Below are positions 11,521-25,025 of a DNA stretch of 64,000 nucleotides, piece after piece. Source of the stretch: Isurus oxyrinchus (Eukaryota); the NCBI GenBank assembly GCA_026770705.1, contig JANJGN010000013.1:130572001-130636000 (forward strand). Direction: 5' to 3'. The notes below the pieces were generated by a model, which ran no database searches, was not told where the DNA came from, and saw only the letters and a list, made by a program, of their open reading frames with translations. Positions within the stretch are counted from its first letter, which is position 1, and the number at the start of each line of letters is the position of its first letter. Position numbers and translations under genes: made by a program.

Positions 11521-14500
11521 TTAAATTTATTTTTTTGTAATTATTTTTACGTGAGCCACAAAACCTTTTCATATATTATTTTCTTTATAGATTGTGTCTT
11601 GTTTTAGACATGGCTATTACAAACCCTCAAAATAAGAGGTTGATTCGGAAGGTAGAATCTGTGGGTTAGGCAGTTGATCTTGAAGGTATTTCCCGAACAG
11701 CTATACATATCAGGAAATTTCCCAGAAGCATTGGCCTGCAAAACAGATGTGTCTACCAGATACATTAACAAGTAGCAGTTTGTCTGGAAATGAGGGAACA
11801 TTCATATATGTTCGGATGACAACAGAAAAAGGTTTTAATCTGCTGTTTACTTATGCGTGTGGCAGATTACGCTGAAGAATGAAATATTTTTCTTCATTTT
11901 GTCTTACTTGATTCCAGCACCACTGGGGTATAGGGAGAGAATGATCCCAGAATGACTCCTGATGTTCACAATCTTGCATTTTTTGCTTTGTTTAGTCTTC
12001 TTTTTTGAAATGCTTTCTAAAAACAAAAAGAAACGCATTGATAAATTTCTTAATTTCCATGAATTTTTGTCTTCAAAGAGTAGCGGAATATACGATGGTG
12101 GGCAATTGCCTCTTGTGTAAAACTGGCAGCATGCTTCTACCCATATGAAAATCTTTGTGTCCGTAGGAGTATAGCATTCCACTTATTCTCGTAGCATGGT
12201 ATTACCAATCAGATGCAAGAATAATATCCACAACAAATATCATTATAGTCCATACCAAAAGCTGATATTGGAAATTTGAATACATTAAACCACCTGAATA
12301 CATCTAACTTCCTATGTGCTAATGATTTATGTAAGTTAAAATAATTATACTCATTTCAAAATGGAAGTTCCAAGTAAAATGTTAATTCATTTAACATTAA
12401 GTCAAATTAGGGAGTCAAATTATGAGCAAATCCAGTCAGAGGCATCAACCACCCCGTGGCCTATTCAATTCTATTTTATAAATAATGTTGTCTCGAAGCA
12501 ATGTCAAGAGGTCAGCTAAATCTTTATGAGTTAAGAGTGCACTTTTTTCCCTAATTTTCTATTTTTTCCCAATACAATACAGACATTGAAAATTCAAGTT
12601 ATTATTTGAACTCAGCATTTAAATATTGTGAATAATGACAGGAAAATATTTTAAAAGTTGTTGGATTAGTATATTGCCTTCAATTTCCTAAACAATTCAT
12701 TGTTTAATTATCATCATCCAATTCCTTTTTTAAAAAAATCAAGTGGTAAGAAAATGATTATGTATGCAGTTCAAATATCCAGCTTAATCCTGATATTCTT
12801 TGAGCTAGGGTTCTGCATGCTAAAAATGCTGTACCTCTGAAGTCAAATGACTGAAAAGCATTAGCTTGACATTAAAATCTGATTTTTTTTTTCCTTTTTT
12901 AACAATTCTTGGTCTGGTTTATGCAATAAAGATTGAAGAAATTATCTGAAGTATTAGGCTTTCAGATGGTTATTAAGGCAATTTTAGGGACTAAATTTTC
13001 ATCAGGGGCTTGCTGTGTATTGCCTTCAATACATTCAATCTGTAACAAGCAAAGTGGATTTCTCAGTTGTTTGATTTGGAATTTCTCATGTATGATGATG
13101 ACATTCTGCGCATGTCAAATTCACAACTAACTGAAAATAAATGGCTCCAACTTAGAAACACTGCTAAGCCAATGCCTCTGATAACAGCACACTATTTTAA
13201 TAACAGTCAAAATAAATTTAAACAGTCAGAATTAAAGGATAATTTTTTTGTAGCCTTTCAATTTTTTTTGTAAAAGGCTTCAGATGAGTCTACCTGAAAA
13301 GTAAAGTGTATTCTACGACCATTTATTAGAGTCCTTTGTTAAAATTTGATGCATGTATAAGATTCTGGACTATTTAAAAACGAACTGAAATCGATAGAAA
13401 ATCTGGATAGGTTTTTAAAAATGACCCCGTGCAGTACTGCAGTGAAAATCCCCAGCTTTCAGCAGGAAGCTTAATGAAGAAGAAAGCCCATCAAATCTAT
13501 GAGTAGATGCAAAGTGTGCTGGATCCCGGCATTCGAATCCTGAGAGAGCTGTTATTGCGCACAGGCCATTGTGATTTCATTTCCTGCACTTTATTGCTTT
13601 ATTTTATAGGGGAATAAAATAGTCAAGTGTGATGTGTTTCAAACGCTGTGAATGATGGAGTGCCAAGGTGTATTATAATTAGCAGCATTGCCCAAACTGC
13701 AGCAGCATTAAGCAATAGATAAAGAATAATGCATACCTGGGACTCATTGTGAGGCAATGAATTACGCTGCAAACTGCAAAAAGTAAGTGGAGCTCCTCAT
13801 AATAAAAATCTTCCCAATGATGTTACATTACAGGCTTGGAAGCACTCCCTGGTATCCATGCATATTTTACTGACTTTTTTCAATGTAATTTTATTTTTGT
13901 TTTCATCCAAGCTCGTACATTTTTTAATTCACTTCAGCTTTTGGAGGCAGGTTCAATCGAGCCATTTCAGAAGGGAACTAAACTATCATCTGAAAAGGAA
14001 GAATGTGCAGGGTTACGGGGAGAAGGTGGGGAAATGGCATGAGGTGAATTGTTCATTCGGAGAGCCAGTGCAGTCACAGTGGCCCAGTGGCCTCCTACGC
14101 CATAACGATTCTGAGAGGCAAAGCATGGAAGTGATACTGCAGTAAAAGACCAGGTATTAAGTGATTGAGTAAGTTTTTGAATTCTGTGCTGTGGTAGCCT
14201 GAAAGTTGTTTTGCATATTTAAGTCAAGGTGTTTAAGGTTTAAAAAATAAATATTCTGATGACAAATTGTGGGGCAAGCGCTTTTTGCTGAACTCATCTC
14301 CTGAAGGCACTGGCAACCTCACAGTGCCCCAAGTAAGTTGCTATTCTTCTTTTGAGAGTTTAGGCGCTGAATGTCAACAGATTATTCAACCATGTGGCAG
14401 CACCGCAATTGAGCCTGTCTCAGCCAATTTTGCTTTCCAGTGATCGTTGCGGAATGCAGTAATCAGAAGCAGAAATCCTATCCAATTGTACCATCCTGCT

Positions 14501-16426
14501 GCAGTGTTTATTGAGATCTGCATGGCTCAGCTCATCACTTCTTTATACAGCTGGCCAATTGACTGAATCCCAACGAGGTTGTTTCTGAGAAGAATAACTG
14601 CAGTACGCACACATTCTACTTTGTTGTCAGCCTTTTCAAACAATTTGTTAATACTTGTCTGTCTTTAAAAAAAAAACAGGCTTCTTTTACTCCTACTACA
14701 TTTGGGTCTTGCTTTTCTTCTTCTTTTCGACAGGCCCTCTTTGCTGCTTGTGCATGACCCCTTGCAGCCATGGGGCAAGGAAGGCCATCTGCTTTTGACA
14801 GTGGCATTGGTAGAAAGCACCAGAAGGCAGTTACAAGTTTCCCTATTCCTAAACCTCTGGTTAGCGCTTCCTGAGATTGATAATTCAGCATAAGGAGAGT
14901 GAATGAGGCATTCTACCATGTGTGACTGCTCCACTGTATAATCTACGCATTTTCCATTTTTTAAAGGGTTAATTGGTTTCAGCCAATATATGGTAAACTA
15001 ACAGGTTCTGTTTTTTTTTCTCTCTGAACGTAAACATTATTATGATATTATTTTGACATGCTACAGCAGCAATGCACAGATTAGATTCCCCATAGTTAGA
15101 TTAAGAGCAGAAACGTTTGATTGAAATAGTCACATTTCCTAAATGGATCCAAAAGTCTGCACAGAATGCTTGATAAAACGTGATAGTGCAGAAGAATGGC
15201 CAGCCTGGGTGCCGGTTTCAGCTTTTAGTGATTGATTAGATTCAAGGTTCTTGACCTCTTTTTCTTGTGTAATTGGTGAAATGGCTACTACAAGAAAGGA
15301 AGGCTGATTTAGAGGTTTTGTCACACCCTAGACCTTAGCAACATCCTGATAATTGCATTTCAGACAGAACCTGTTTAATGCAATTAAGCTACTGATGCCT
15401 TTTTTTAAAGTTCGCACTGCCAATCAAATTATAGACGTTACAACAAGCTTTGTTTAACTGTAGTTTCCATCAGAGATGAATATGATTTCTGAGGGATGCC
15501 AATTGTGTTCAAATAATGAAATAATTTAGTCTGAGATTTTTTTCTATTTTTTACTCAGACTTTTCGTGGGTATGTACTCTTCCAATAACTATGCCTTAGT
15601 AGCTACTTAATCCAATTTAATAAAAAAAAATTTAACAGATTTGTATTTACAGACAGGCTGTAATTCTAAAAACAAAAATTAAAAATATTACTCCCCATAC
15701 TTTAAGTGGTTGAGAAACCGTTTCTCTTGGATGGGGTGAGCACATAATTTCACAGCTGCCTCTGATCCTGTAAACACGGACAGTTTCCAGTAAGAACCCA
15801 TTGGATCATGAGTGAGGAGTACTTGTAATTTTTAAAAATATAGCCCAGGAACATTGAAGCCACTCATTGTGTCCTAGCTATTATCAGAGTACAGAATGAA
15901 ACTGAAACCATCCTGATCTTTTTGGGTAACTAATTACAGCTTGTTTGAGCACAATGTCTTCATTAAGCTTTCCATGGAACTGTGATACATCTGCACACTT
16001 GTAAAACAGGAATTGGAGACAAAGCTACAAAATCTCTGCATGATTCTTACTGCATGGTGCCTTGATATCTTGGAGGGAGATATTCTTTTATTTTAGTATT
16101 CCAATCCTTTTGACCCTAGTCTGCATGACAAGAACAGTATGGTAAAAGATCGATTGGTGCTATCCACTCCATTCTTGAGATGTTCACTGCTGGAGTTCTC
16201 TCAATATTTAGTTAGAGAAAATTTCTGCTCACCCAGTACTGGATGTTGGGCCAGCAGTCTGAATTTAGAGGCAGTGCAGAGGTCAAAAGAGGCATACATT
16301 TTCTGGATAATTTCGCAGAGGGGCAGCATGTTGATGAGAAATCTGAGGTGGCCAATATAGATCTTGTAGGGACACCAGAGGTAATGATGCAGGAAGAGAA
16401 GCCATCACAGTTTAATCCCTCCACAT

Positions 16427-17334
16427 TGTCACGACCCACTGCGGATAGTGGGCTGTAATATCAAGTCCCACCGGGGATGGTGCGCTGTAATATCAAGCCC
16501 CACTGCACCCCAAGCCACAGCAAATGTGAAAAAGTTTGATCAAACCACCAGACTGCCCCAATTCTACTTAACTGTTTAATTTAGGTTAACAGAATACGAG
16601 CACCAGGTTTGTAAACTTAATAAATAAATAACAGTTTATTGAACAAACTGCTGTTAACCAGTGGCAAAAGAAATGTGAACTGCTAATTTCTAACTCAAGA
16701 CCTAAACTCCACCCCTTCTTAAATCCCTATACACACACATACAAGATGCACAAAAACATGTATTTTAAGGGTGGATAAAACAGTTCAATAGCACCAATTC
16801 CAGAGTACAGGATTCGATGGGTTGTTTTTGTTCAATGTCTTCCAAATTCCTTTCAGTTTTTGTTGATTACACGAGGTGGTCTTCCAGCATTTTCAGTGTT
16901 TAGTTCACTGATTGAGCACTTGCCTTTCGAAGTCTCTAAAGGTGATTTTCCCCATTGCCTCTTGACAAAGGTTTTCACAGAGAGAGTAGGTTATAGAGAT
17001 ATGAGGAGAAAAAACCAGCTAGCTATTATTGTGGAATCACTGGAATCTTACACAGGAAAGAGGCTTTAGGTCTTTTTCCTTTCAGGCTATGAGCTATTCT
17101 GCACTGCTCTCACACAAAACCTGGTCATGAGCCAATTAAAACATTGTTGCCAGGCAGCTCCCTTGGTCCAGGACTCCTTTCTGGCACTATCCTGTCTTTC
17201 ATGGCACACCTCTGTTCCAAGCCTGTAACATTGTATATATCTCTCATCCTATTCCAGTGGACATGTCTTTCAAGCTGCAGCCATTGTAATTTTAATCCAC
17301 AGTCCAACAGAAATAAAAAGATATGTTCCTTACA
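16427..17334 (-). mobile_element. Solo-LTR-like element (~910 bp)
   Basis: TGT...ACA termini, TTTATT (minus-strand poly(A) signal), internal ~32-bp tandem duplication (gctgtaatatcaag x2); TSD not evident. Confidence 0.5.
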
Positions 17335-17989
17335 ATGTCAAAGCAAAGGACAGTTGCAACCATCAGGGATAAATACTAATTGTAAGGTTAAGTTCATTAT
17401 TTTGCATTGACTGTGCGTGTGCCATGCATTTTATCCATCATACTGAGACAAGAGTTAATGAACCAAGGTGGATATATGGAGTCAAGACACAGATCAGCCA
17501 TGACCCAATTGAAAGCTTGGATATGTTTGAGGAGTTCAGGGGTCTATTAAATGCAAATAAAATAAGCTTAGTCAATATACAGATGTTTGGAAATACCATT
17601 GCTACAGATGCAAAAGACATTTTTTTGAAAGGAAAAAATATTAGTCAATTCTGGATATTTACGATTTAGAGCCTGAAACTAATGTCCTTTTTCCTTTTCT
17701 CACAGCTCCTTCTTCAAACAATTGAACTCTGAATGAACTGAGACTCTGTTAATTTATCAATTAAGATTGTGGCCTTAATTGAAAATAGTTGCACCTCAGC
17801 ATTAGCAGAATGCATTGTGCATAACATCCTGGCTTCATAATGAATCCTATCAGTTGGCTTACAGTAAGCAGTGCTACAGGAGGTTTACTAGTGAATTATA
17901 AATTATCTGCTTTATGGAGGGGGAAGTTGTAGCAAGTGTATGTAGTAATAATAAGTGTATTAAGTGTGTAGCAAATTTCAGTTGCACTC

Positions 17990-18460
17990 AGTACTCAGTG
18001 GAAATAGCCAAACTGCTGGTAGGTGACGCTCAGATTACAAGGTTTCAATTGGTGGACTAGGAGATCTCCTTTGTCATTGCTAACAAGGAACAGAGGCAGT
18101 AGGATACCATAGCAGTGTCATCATGAGTGTCCATGTGTGGAAAGTTGTTGAAGATTGCCATCAGATTGGAAAAGTTGACATGCTTGAGAAGTGAAATGGG
18201 CATCTTGGAACTGACTATAACTAGAGCCCCATCATCTGGAATAGTGGAAGACAACAGTGAGGACCATATATACAGAAGGGGATGCTCAGTGGGGACAGAG
18301 AGACTCAAAAGGGAGAGGATAAAGTTATCGTAGGGTCGCAAGTCAATGTAGCATTGAACGCCGAGAAGAATAGGGGCTCCAGGAACAGAGCCAAGAAAGA
18401 GGAGGCTTATAGGGACATGGGTTAGTGAATGGGTGATTGCTGGATCCTGGTCATTAGTTT
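17990..18460 (-). mobile_element. Decayed L2 LINE RT fragment
   Basis: Purine-rich segment similar to the L2 copies at 54140-54800. Confidence 0.45.
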
Positions 18461-18509
18461 AGTTGGACTAATGGATCTGGGTTGCTCGCTTGTTTTGGGA
18501 TGACTGAGT

Positions 18510-18760
18510 TGGTACCAAAGGCAGAGTAGATCAGCAGACAGTTCTTATGTAGAATATATTCTATTTATTTACAAAGGAACTCAGCAGCTACACTTGTGTG
18601 CTTACAACTCAAACTCTGTCTCTACATTACAGATCCTAACTTTGAACTACTCACTACTGACTACTCAGGTAGCCGGTGCTACTCTGCTATTGGATACTAA
18701 GATCATGTGATCTTACATTGTAACATTCTTCTTAAAGATATGTTACACGTCAGATTACCA
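18510..18760 (-). mobile_element. Short solo LTR (251 bp) with 4-bp TSD
   Basis: Termini TGGTA...TACCA flanked by GAGT at 18506-18509 and 18761-18764; TTTATT inside. Confidence 0.8.
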
Positions 18761-20224
18761 GAGTGGTAAAATATAATGAATAGCTGTATTATTCAGTTTG
18801 TATTTGTTTTCCAGAATTAACTATGTGAATTTAATCTGTGGGAGCAGTTTTGGAGGGTACCAAAACAATATGGCTGCCTGTAACACCTCTTCCTGTCTGT
18901 ATTGATCAAAATCATATGGTTTTATGAACCGAGCAGATAAGTGACCGTTCTTTTCTGTGCTGCAGCCACATTGAAACATCATCATAATGTGAACCATATT
19001 AACTTACTTTGTGTCTCAGTACAAGTGTTGTCAGGTGAGAGGTCTCATGAAGATTGTTATTGAGTCGTTCACCCTGCAGCCATACACAACAAGGCTCCAA
19101 TGGCTATGCATTTCTTGTACTATGGCATAGTCCTATTCGCTACTGGTTCTCAACCAATGTTGCAGCATCCCAATCTGACCCTGGTACCACCAGACACCAT
19201 ACCACCACATTGTCACTGCAGCAAAGTAGGGGCCAGTGAGTGCACAGCAGCTATGCTTTCCTCAGGCAAATGAGTAAATGCTGGGGCCAATTTATTTTAA
19301 CTTGAAAAAAGTAGTTGACCCAAAGGAATGGTACAAAAATGTAATTCTTTGTAAGGCGTGTAAGATTAATCAAACTTGGAGGTTTCAATTAGTGCATAGG
19401 GTCGGGAATACGGTACTTTTTTTTTTAACCTAACAGCATCAAACATGTTGTTAGAACCATTATAGCAAGAGAATTCCCTGATGGCTTTTCAACAGGCTCG
19501 AAAGCACCATGTTTTCTTCATCTTTTAAGTCCATGATTGCAGTCATTAATTCCTAAACACCTTAATTGACAGTAGACGGTAGGTGCATCATGGCCTGCAA
19601 AGGTGCTGGGGAATACTAAAACCAAAGTACATAGGGAGCAGGTACTACACCACTATCACCAGTAGGAGGGGTATAATTATAATGTGACAAGTTTAAGAGG
19701 AATCCAATGGAAAAAGGTTGAAGCAAAAAATCTGATAAATTAACTGGTACCAACAGGTAAAGCACATGGGCATAAGATTTTCAGTGGGTTACAAGTATGA
19801 AGATTGATAGCAATCAATTCTTCTGTTGCTAAAACTTAACCATTTAATAAGAACATAAGAAATAGGACTTGGCCCCCCCGAACCAGTAAGGTCATGGCTC
19901 ATCTGATTTTGTTTTTAATGTCTGTTTTTGAAATTGAATTTCGCAGAATGTGGATGTAGGTTTAACACAGACTTATTACTGGAAATGTCAATGGAGAGGC
20001 ACAAATTTCTCCTGGCCTGGCAATCCTGGTGCTTTATTATTCAGACCACCAGATAACGGGTGCCAGAACTGCCTGGAAGGTTTGCTGAAGTCCACAAAAG
20101 TAACATGAGCAAGAGAATATTTGCTGTTGATATTTTGAGCTGCCTTTTAAAAGGTCAGGATGCAGGTAAACCAATTTACATGGTGTCATTTAAACCCCTA
20201 AATTGGGGTTTGTTAAATTCGCAA

Positions 20225-20998
20225 AGTGACAAATAACATTTGTGTCAAGCAGTGACCATCTCCAACAAGAGAGAATTCAACCATCACCCCTTGACATTCA
20301 ATGGCATTACCATCATTGAATCCCCCTCCACTATCAATATCCTGGGGGTTACTATTGACCAGAAACTGAACTGGACCAGCCATATAAATACTGTGGCTAC
20401 AAGAGCAGGTCAGAGGCTAGGAATCCTGTGGCAAGACTTGCCTCCTGACTCCCTAAAACCTTTTGACCATCTACAAGACATAAGTCAAGAGTGTGATGAG
20501 ATACTGTCTACTTACCTGGATGAGTGCAGCTCCAACAACACTCAAGAAGCTTGACACCATCCAGGGCAAAGCAGCCCACTTGATTAACACCCCATCTACA
20601 AACATCCACTCCCTCCACCACCAGCACACTGGTAGCAGTATGTACCATCTGCGAGATGCACTGCAGGAACTCACCAAAGCTCTTTAGGCAGCACCTTCCA
20701 AACCCATGACCGCTACCATCTAGAAGGACAAGGTCAGCAGGCACATGAGAACACCATAATCTGGAAGTTCGCCTCCAAGCCACTCACCATCCTGACTTGG
20801 AAATATATCGCCATTCCTTCACTGCCAATGGTTCAAAGTCTTGGAACTCCCTTCCTAACAACACTGTGGGTGTGCCTACACCACATGGACTGCAGGGTGC
20901 AAGAAGGCAGCTCACCACCACCTACTCAGGGGCAATTAGGAATGGCCAATAAATGCTTGTCAGCGACATCCACATCCCATGAATGAATATAAAAAAAA
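20225..20998 (+). mobile_element. 5'-truncated CR1/L2-group LINE (RT C-terminal region plus tail)
   Basis: Frameshifted ORFs ILGVTIDQKLNWTSHINTVATRAGQRLGIL / WMSAAPTTLKKLDTIQGKAA; tail cacatcccatgaatgaat plus A-run. Confidence 0.85.
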
Positions 20999-23380
20999 TT
21001 CACTTACAAGTAACCATTAGCTATGTCTGCTGGGAACTATACTTGCCTATTTATGCTCATGTTGGAAACCACTGGCAAGCTTGAAGGGCATAAAGCTAAA
21101 AGCCATCTCCTTTCCACCTTTGAGGAGGTGTTTGTGAAGTACATTTTCGTTTCTTCATCACAGAACTCTGGTTTAAGTCTCTAACCCTGTGTTTTTGTGT
21201 GATTGCTCCATACAATTCCTGACAGGGGTAGGTTTGTTTTATTGAACAAAGATGTACACAACATAAGGTCATCTTTCATTTTCTCAATCTTAATAAGGTG
21301 AAGTTGTCCCTTAATAGTTTTTACATAGCAATGTAATCCTTTGAGAGCTAGAAACACAGCCTGAACAAGGTGCCATTCTGTGCAAATTTGAAGTAAATAG
21401 CATTACTCTTTTTCTCGTATCCAGCAAAGTGTAGAGTGTTTCTTTCTGGCTATAACCAATGAACTTGTCAGGGAAACATCAGATTCAATACATTTGCAAG
21501 CCAGCATTGTGACAAAAAATAAAAAAATCCTGCATAAATCAGCTCTCACTGATTCTCCCCTGAGGACTTTCAAGACATGGTAAATGGGCAGTGCAAAAGA
21601 AAAAGGGGCCTTTATCGTGATAACAGACTTGACCTCACTCTGTGAGATGCATCACAAAATAGCAGAGCCAAACACTAAGTATCTTAATAGTTGGTGTCGA
21701 AACATTAGCAAATCCTTTGGGAGAAGGTCATTCCACCAGCCCCAGGTTTTCCCAGCAGACTACTATGGATGATGAAACGATCAAAGCAGGATGCCAGTAC
21801 ATCATCAGAACCTCATTACACACCATTGTGCATACACAGCTGCTGCAGCAGCATTAGAAAACTTGGATTTAAATTCATCAGGGCTCCCATTTGACTTTCC
21901 TTTCTTTTCGGCCTCTTCCTCATTGCTGAAAGAATGCTAGCGCATGCAGCCCTGTTTCCAGCCATCCCCTCCTCCCTCTGCTGGTTATAATGCCATCCAT
22001 TTAACAGACCATTTGAAAAGCCTCATCAAGCCACCAGGGTCAGTCCTTTGGTGTGCATTAGGGGCTGACATGCTGTAATGTTGAGCTAGTTGTGATTTCA
22101 TGGACATGTTTATGAAGATTGATACAGCTAAGGTTCAGTGTTAACTTTTTACTGTCACTGTCTGCATTAGAATGCTTGTGTATTGGTTTTAGCATTGATT
22201 TATGAAATGGCTGCTCCATAACAGAATTATCATACCAGCCCTGTTGCTGTTTTCTGCAGAAATTATACAACAGCCATAAGAGTATCAAGCAATAACTATA
22301 ATCATGTTCCTAATAATCCTCCTCCTGGGCTCCCCATTGATTTGCTGTGTCTTCAGAGATCACAAGAAAATATTTGCGACAATGAGCCTTTCCAGCGATT
22401 TTTCATTGAAGGCAATTGGTCAGAGAGTTGCCACTAATACTAATAATGTTTGTCACAGATTCATACTGCATTCCTCAGCTAGATACCAAGAATTCTGAAG
22501 CTCTATTAAATTGTAGATGAAGTGATTTGGAATTGAGAGTGAGTGAGACAAGCAGTGAGCAAGCTAAGAAATAGATATATACAACTGGCTAATACTTGAA
22601 TTTTGAATAGGATCTCTCCACCCACCCACCCACCCACTTTACGACTGTTGAACTGGTAACTTAATTCTGTGAGTGTTACTGATGTTTTCACAGCCCAAAG
22701 AAATGATGGCTAATGATAGAGAAAATAAAAATCGTGCCTGTGTGTTATTGCTTGGTGCCCATTGGCACATGGTATATTTTTAAAGAACACTCCTGTATTA
22801 GATGGAACATCACCACCCAAGTTTTAGCCAGCCATGAAAATAACTTATTAATCACTTTTAATTTTCTTTGGACGTGATGCATGCTATCTTGTGAATTCAG
22901 TTCGTAATATTACAACCATTGCTGCTGTGACGTTTGTCTGTTGAGTAAAGAGTTCAAGTGCACCTGCTTTTAGGGCCACTCCTACCCCTTCCCATTCATT
23001 AAAATGACATTATGATTGCCACTAGAATTTAACTCCTGTATTGTACAGGTCCCACTAAAATGTTCTGATTTCACTTTTGCTCCCACCTTTTTTTAATTGT
23101 TCTCTCTGCTCAATATTTACTTATTTGGATGAAGTGATGTCCTGCTGCTTGCTTCGAGATGTTAACTGTACATTAATTGTGTTTAATTCTAAGTAGGTGG
23201 TGGCCATTAACTTAGGATTTACTTGTGTCCCTATAAATGTGCACAGACTGCAGCTGTGATTGTTGGATTTGCAGGTACTTGCTTGTAATCTGTAACTGTG
23301 TCAATAAACACTTATAAAAGTGTTTTACTCAATTTCACTCCATTTATTTCCTTCATCAGCTGGCTTTCTGGAGTATAGCA

Positions 23381-23398
23381 TGGGAGCAGAGGACGGTT
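23381..23398 (+). promoter_or_regulatory. Primer-binding site complementary to initiator tRNA-Met
   Basis: TGGGAGCAGAGGACGGTT matches TGGTAGCAGAGGATGGTT (complement of the tRNAi-Met 3' end) at 16/18, immediately after the LTR-terminal CA. Confidence 0.75.
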
Positions 23399-24044
23399 GT
23401 ATAAAGGTGAAGGTTGGAAGCTAACAAAAAAATTTTCAGACACAAAGCTACTATCCTCATAGCCATTGTGGAAAATGGCAGAAAGCAAATGTAAATTGTC
23501 AGGGTATGATTACCTGCCAGTGTTCTTGGAGTCAGACTCATATGATCAGTGTAAGATTAAAACGATATGTGGACGCGGGTTATGTCCCCACCAAAGGAAA
23601 AACAAGGTTTGGCCTTGGTGTTGCCGCTTCCAACAAAGTGTGAAATCAGAAGTATTTTGTGAACTGAATGCCAGTCAGTAGGATAGTGGTGAGGATTTTG
23701 ACCTACTATTATGAGGCATGGCCAGAATTTGAGAGATTTTGGAAAACAGATGGTCATTCCATGGAGGAATATATCATGGACTTGAACAGATTGTGTAATT
23801 CAATTTGGGGATTCACCTATGCCCCTATAAATGTGCACAGACTGACCTTTGTATTGCTGGATTGTGTTGCTATGTCTCATATGGTATACTTGTTTTAACT
23901 AGTGTTTGGTTCTCAAGATGGAGATCCTGTTGGATCAGATGTCTGCTGCCTTGAAAAAATTCCTGGGGAAAGTAATTTCCTTCAGCCACTGTGGAATAAA
24001 TGGGACATTCTGCAGCAAAATAAAGAATAGAGAACTCGATGTCT

Positions 24045-25025
24045 TATGCCCAATTATCTTCAGCTGCTTCATCAATAACTTTACCTCCATCATAAGACCA
24101 GAAGTGGGGAGATTCAGTACCGTTCCCAACTCCCCAGATACTGAAGCAGTCCGTGCCCACATGCAGCAAGACGTGGATAACATTCAGTCTTGGGCTGATA
24201 CATGGCAAATAACATTCATGCCATTTGAGTGCCAGCCAATGACCAAGTGAAACTTTAGCCATCTCCTTTTGACATTCAGCAGCATTACCATCACTGAATC
24301 TCCCAGCAAACAACATCCTGTGAATTACCATTGACCAGAAACTTAACTGGGCTAGCCATATAAATACTGTGGCTACAAGGGCAGGTTTCAGAGACTTAAC
24401 TCACCTCTGGACTCTCCAAAGCCTGTCCACTACCCACATGGCACAAGTCAGAAGCGTGATGGAATACTCTGCACTTAACTGAATGAATGGAGCTACAACA
24501 ACACTCAAGAAACTCCACACCACTCAGGACAAAGCAGCATGTTTGATTGGCATCCCATCCACCAACTTACAGTCATTCACTCCACCATCAATATACAGTG
24601 GCAGCAGAGTGTACCATATACAAGATGCACTGCAGCAACTTGTCAAGCCTCCTTCAACAGCACTTTCCAAACTCATGAAGGATAAGGGCAGCAGGCACAT
24701 GGGAACACTGCAACCTGCAGGTTCCCTTCTGAGCCACACAATATCCTGATTTGGAACTATGTCACCATTCCTTCAGTGTATCTGAGACAGTTCCTGAAAT
24801 CCTTTCCCAACAACACTGTGGGTCTGCCTATATCACGTGGACTGTCATGCTTAATGAAAGTAACTATCAACCACTTTCTTGAGCATGGACAAAAAATGTT
24901 GGTTTTGCCAGAGATGGCTAAAATTTCACTTGGTCATTGCCTGGCATTCAAATGGCATGAATATTACTTGCCACATATCAGCCCAAGACTGAAAGTTGTT
25001 CATATCCCATGGATAAATAAAAGAA
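24045..25025 (+). mobile_element. CR1/L2-group LINE copy inserted into the Copia gag region
   Basis: PIIFSCFIN..., MQQDVDNIQSWADTWQITF, ATTTLKKLHTTQDKAACLIG; same family as 20225-20998. Confidence 0.8.

Noticed and set aside
16452-16505. Spaced direct repeat gctgtaatatcaag(t/c)cccac
   Set aside because: Only two units inside an LTR-like element; an ordinary tandem duplication, not a CRISPR-like array.
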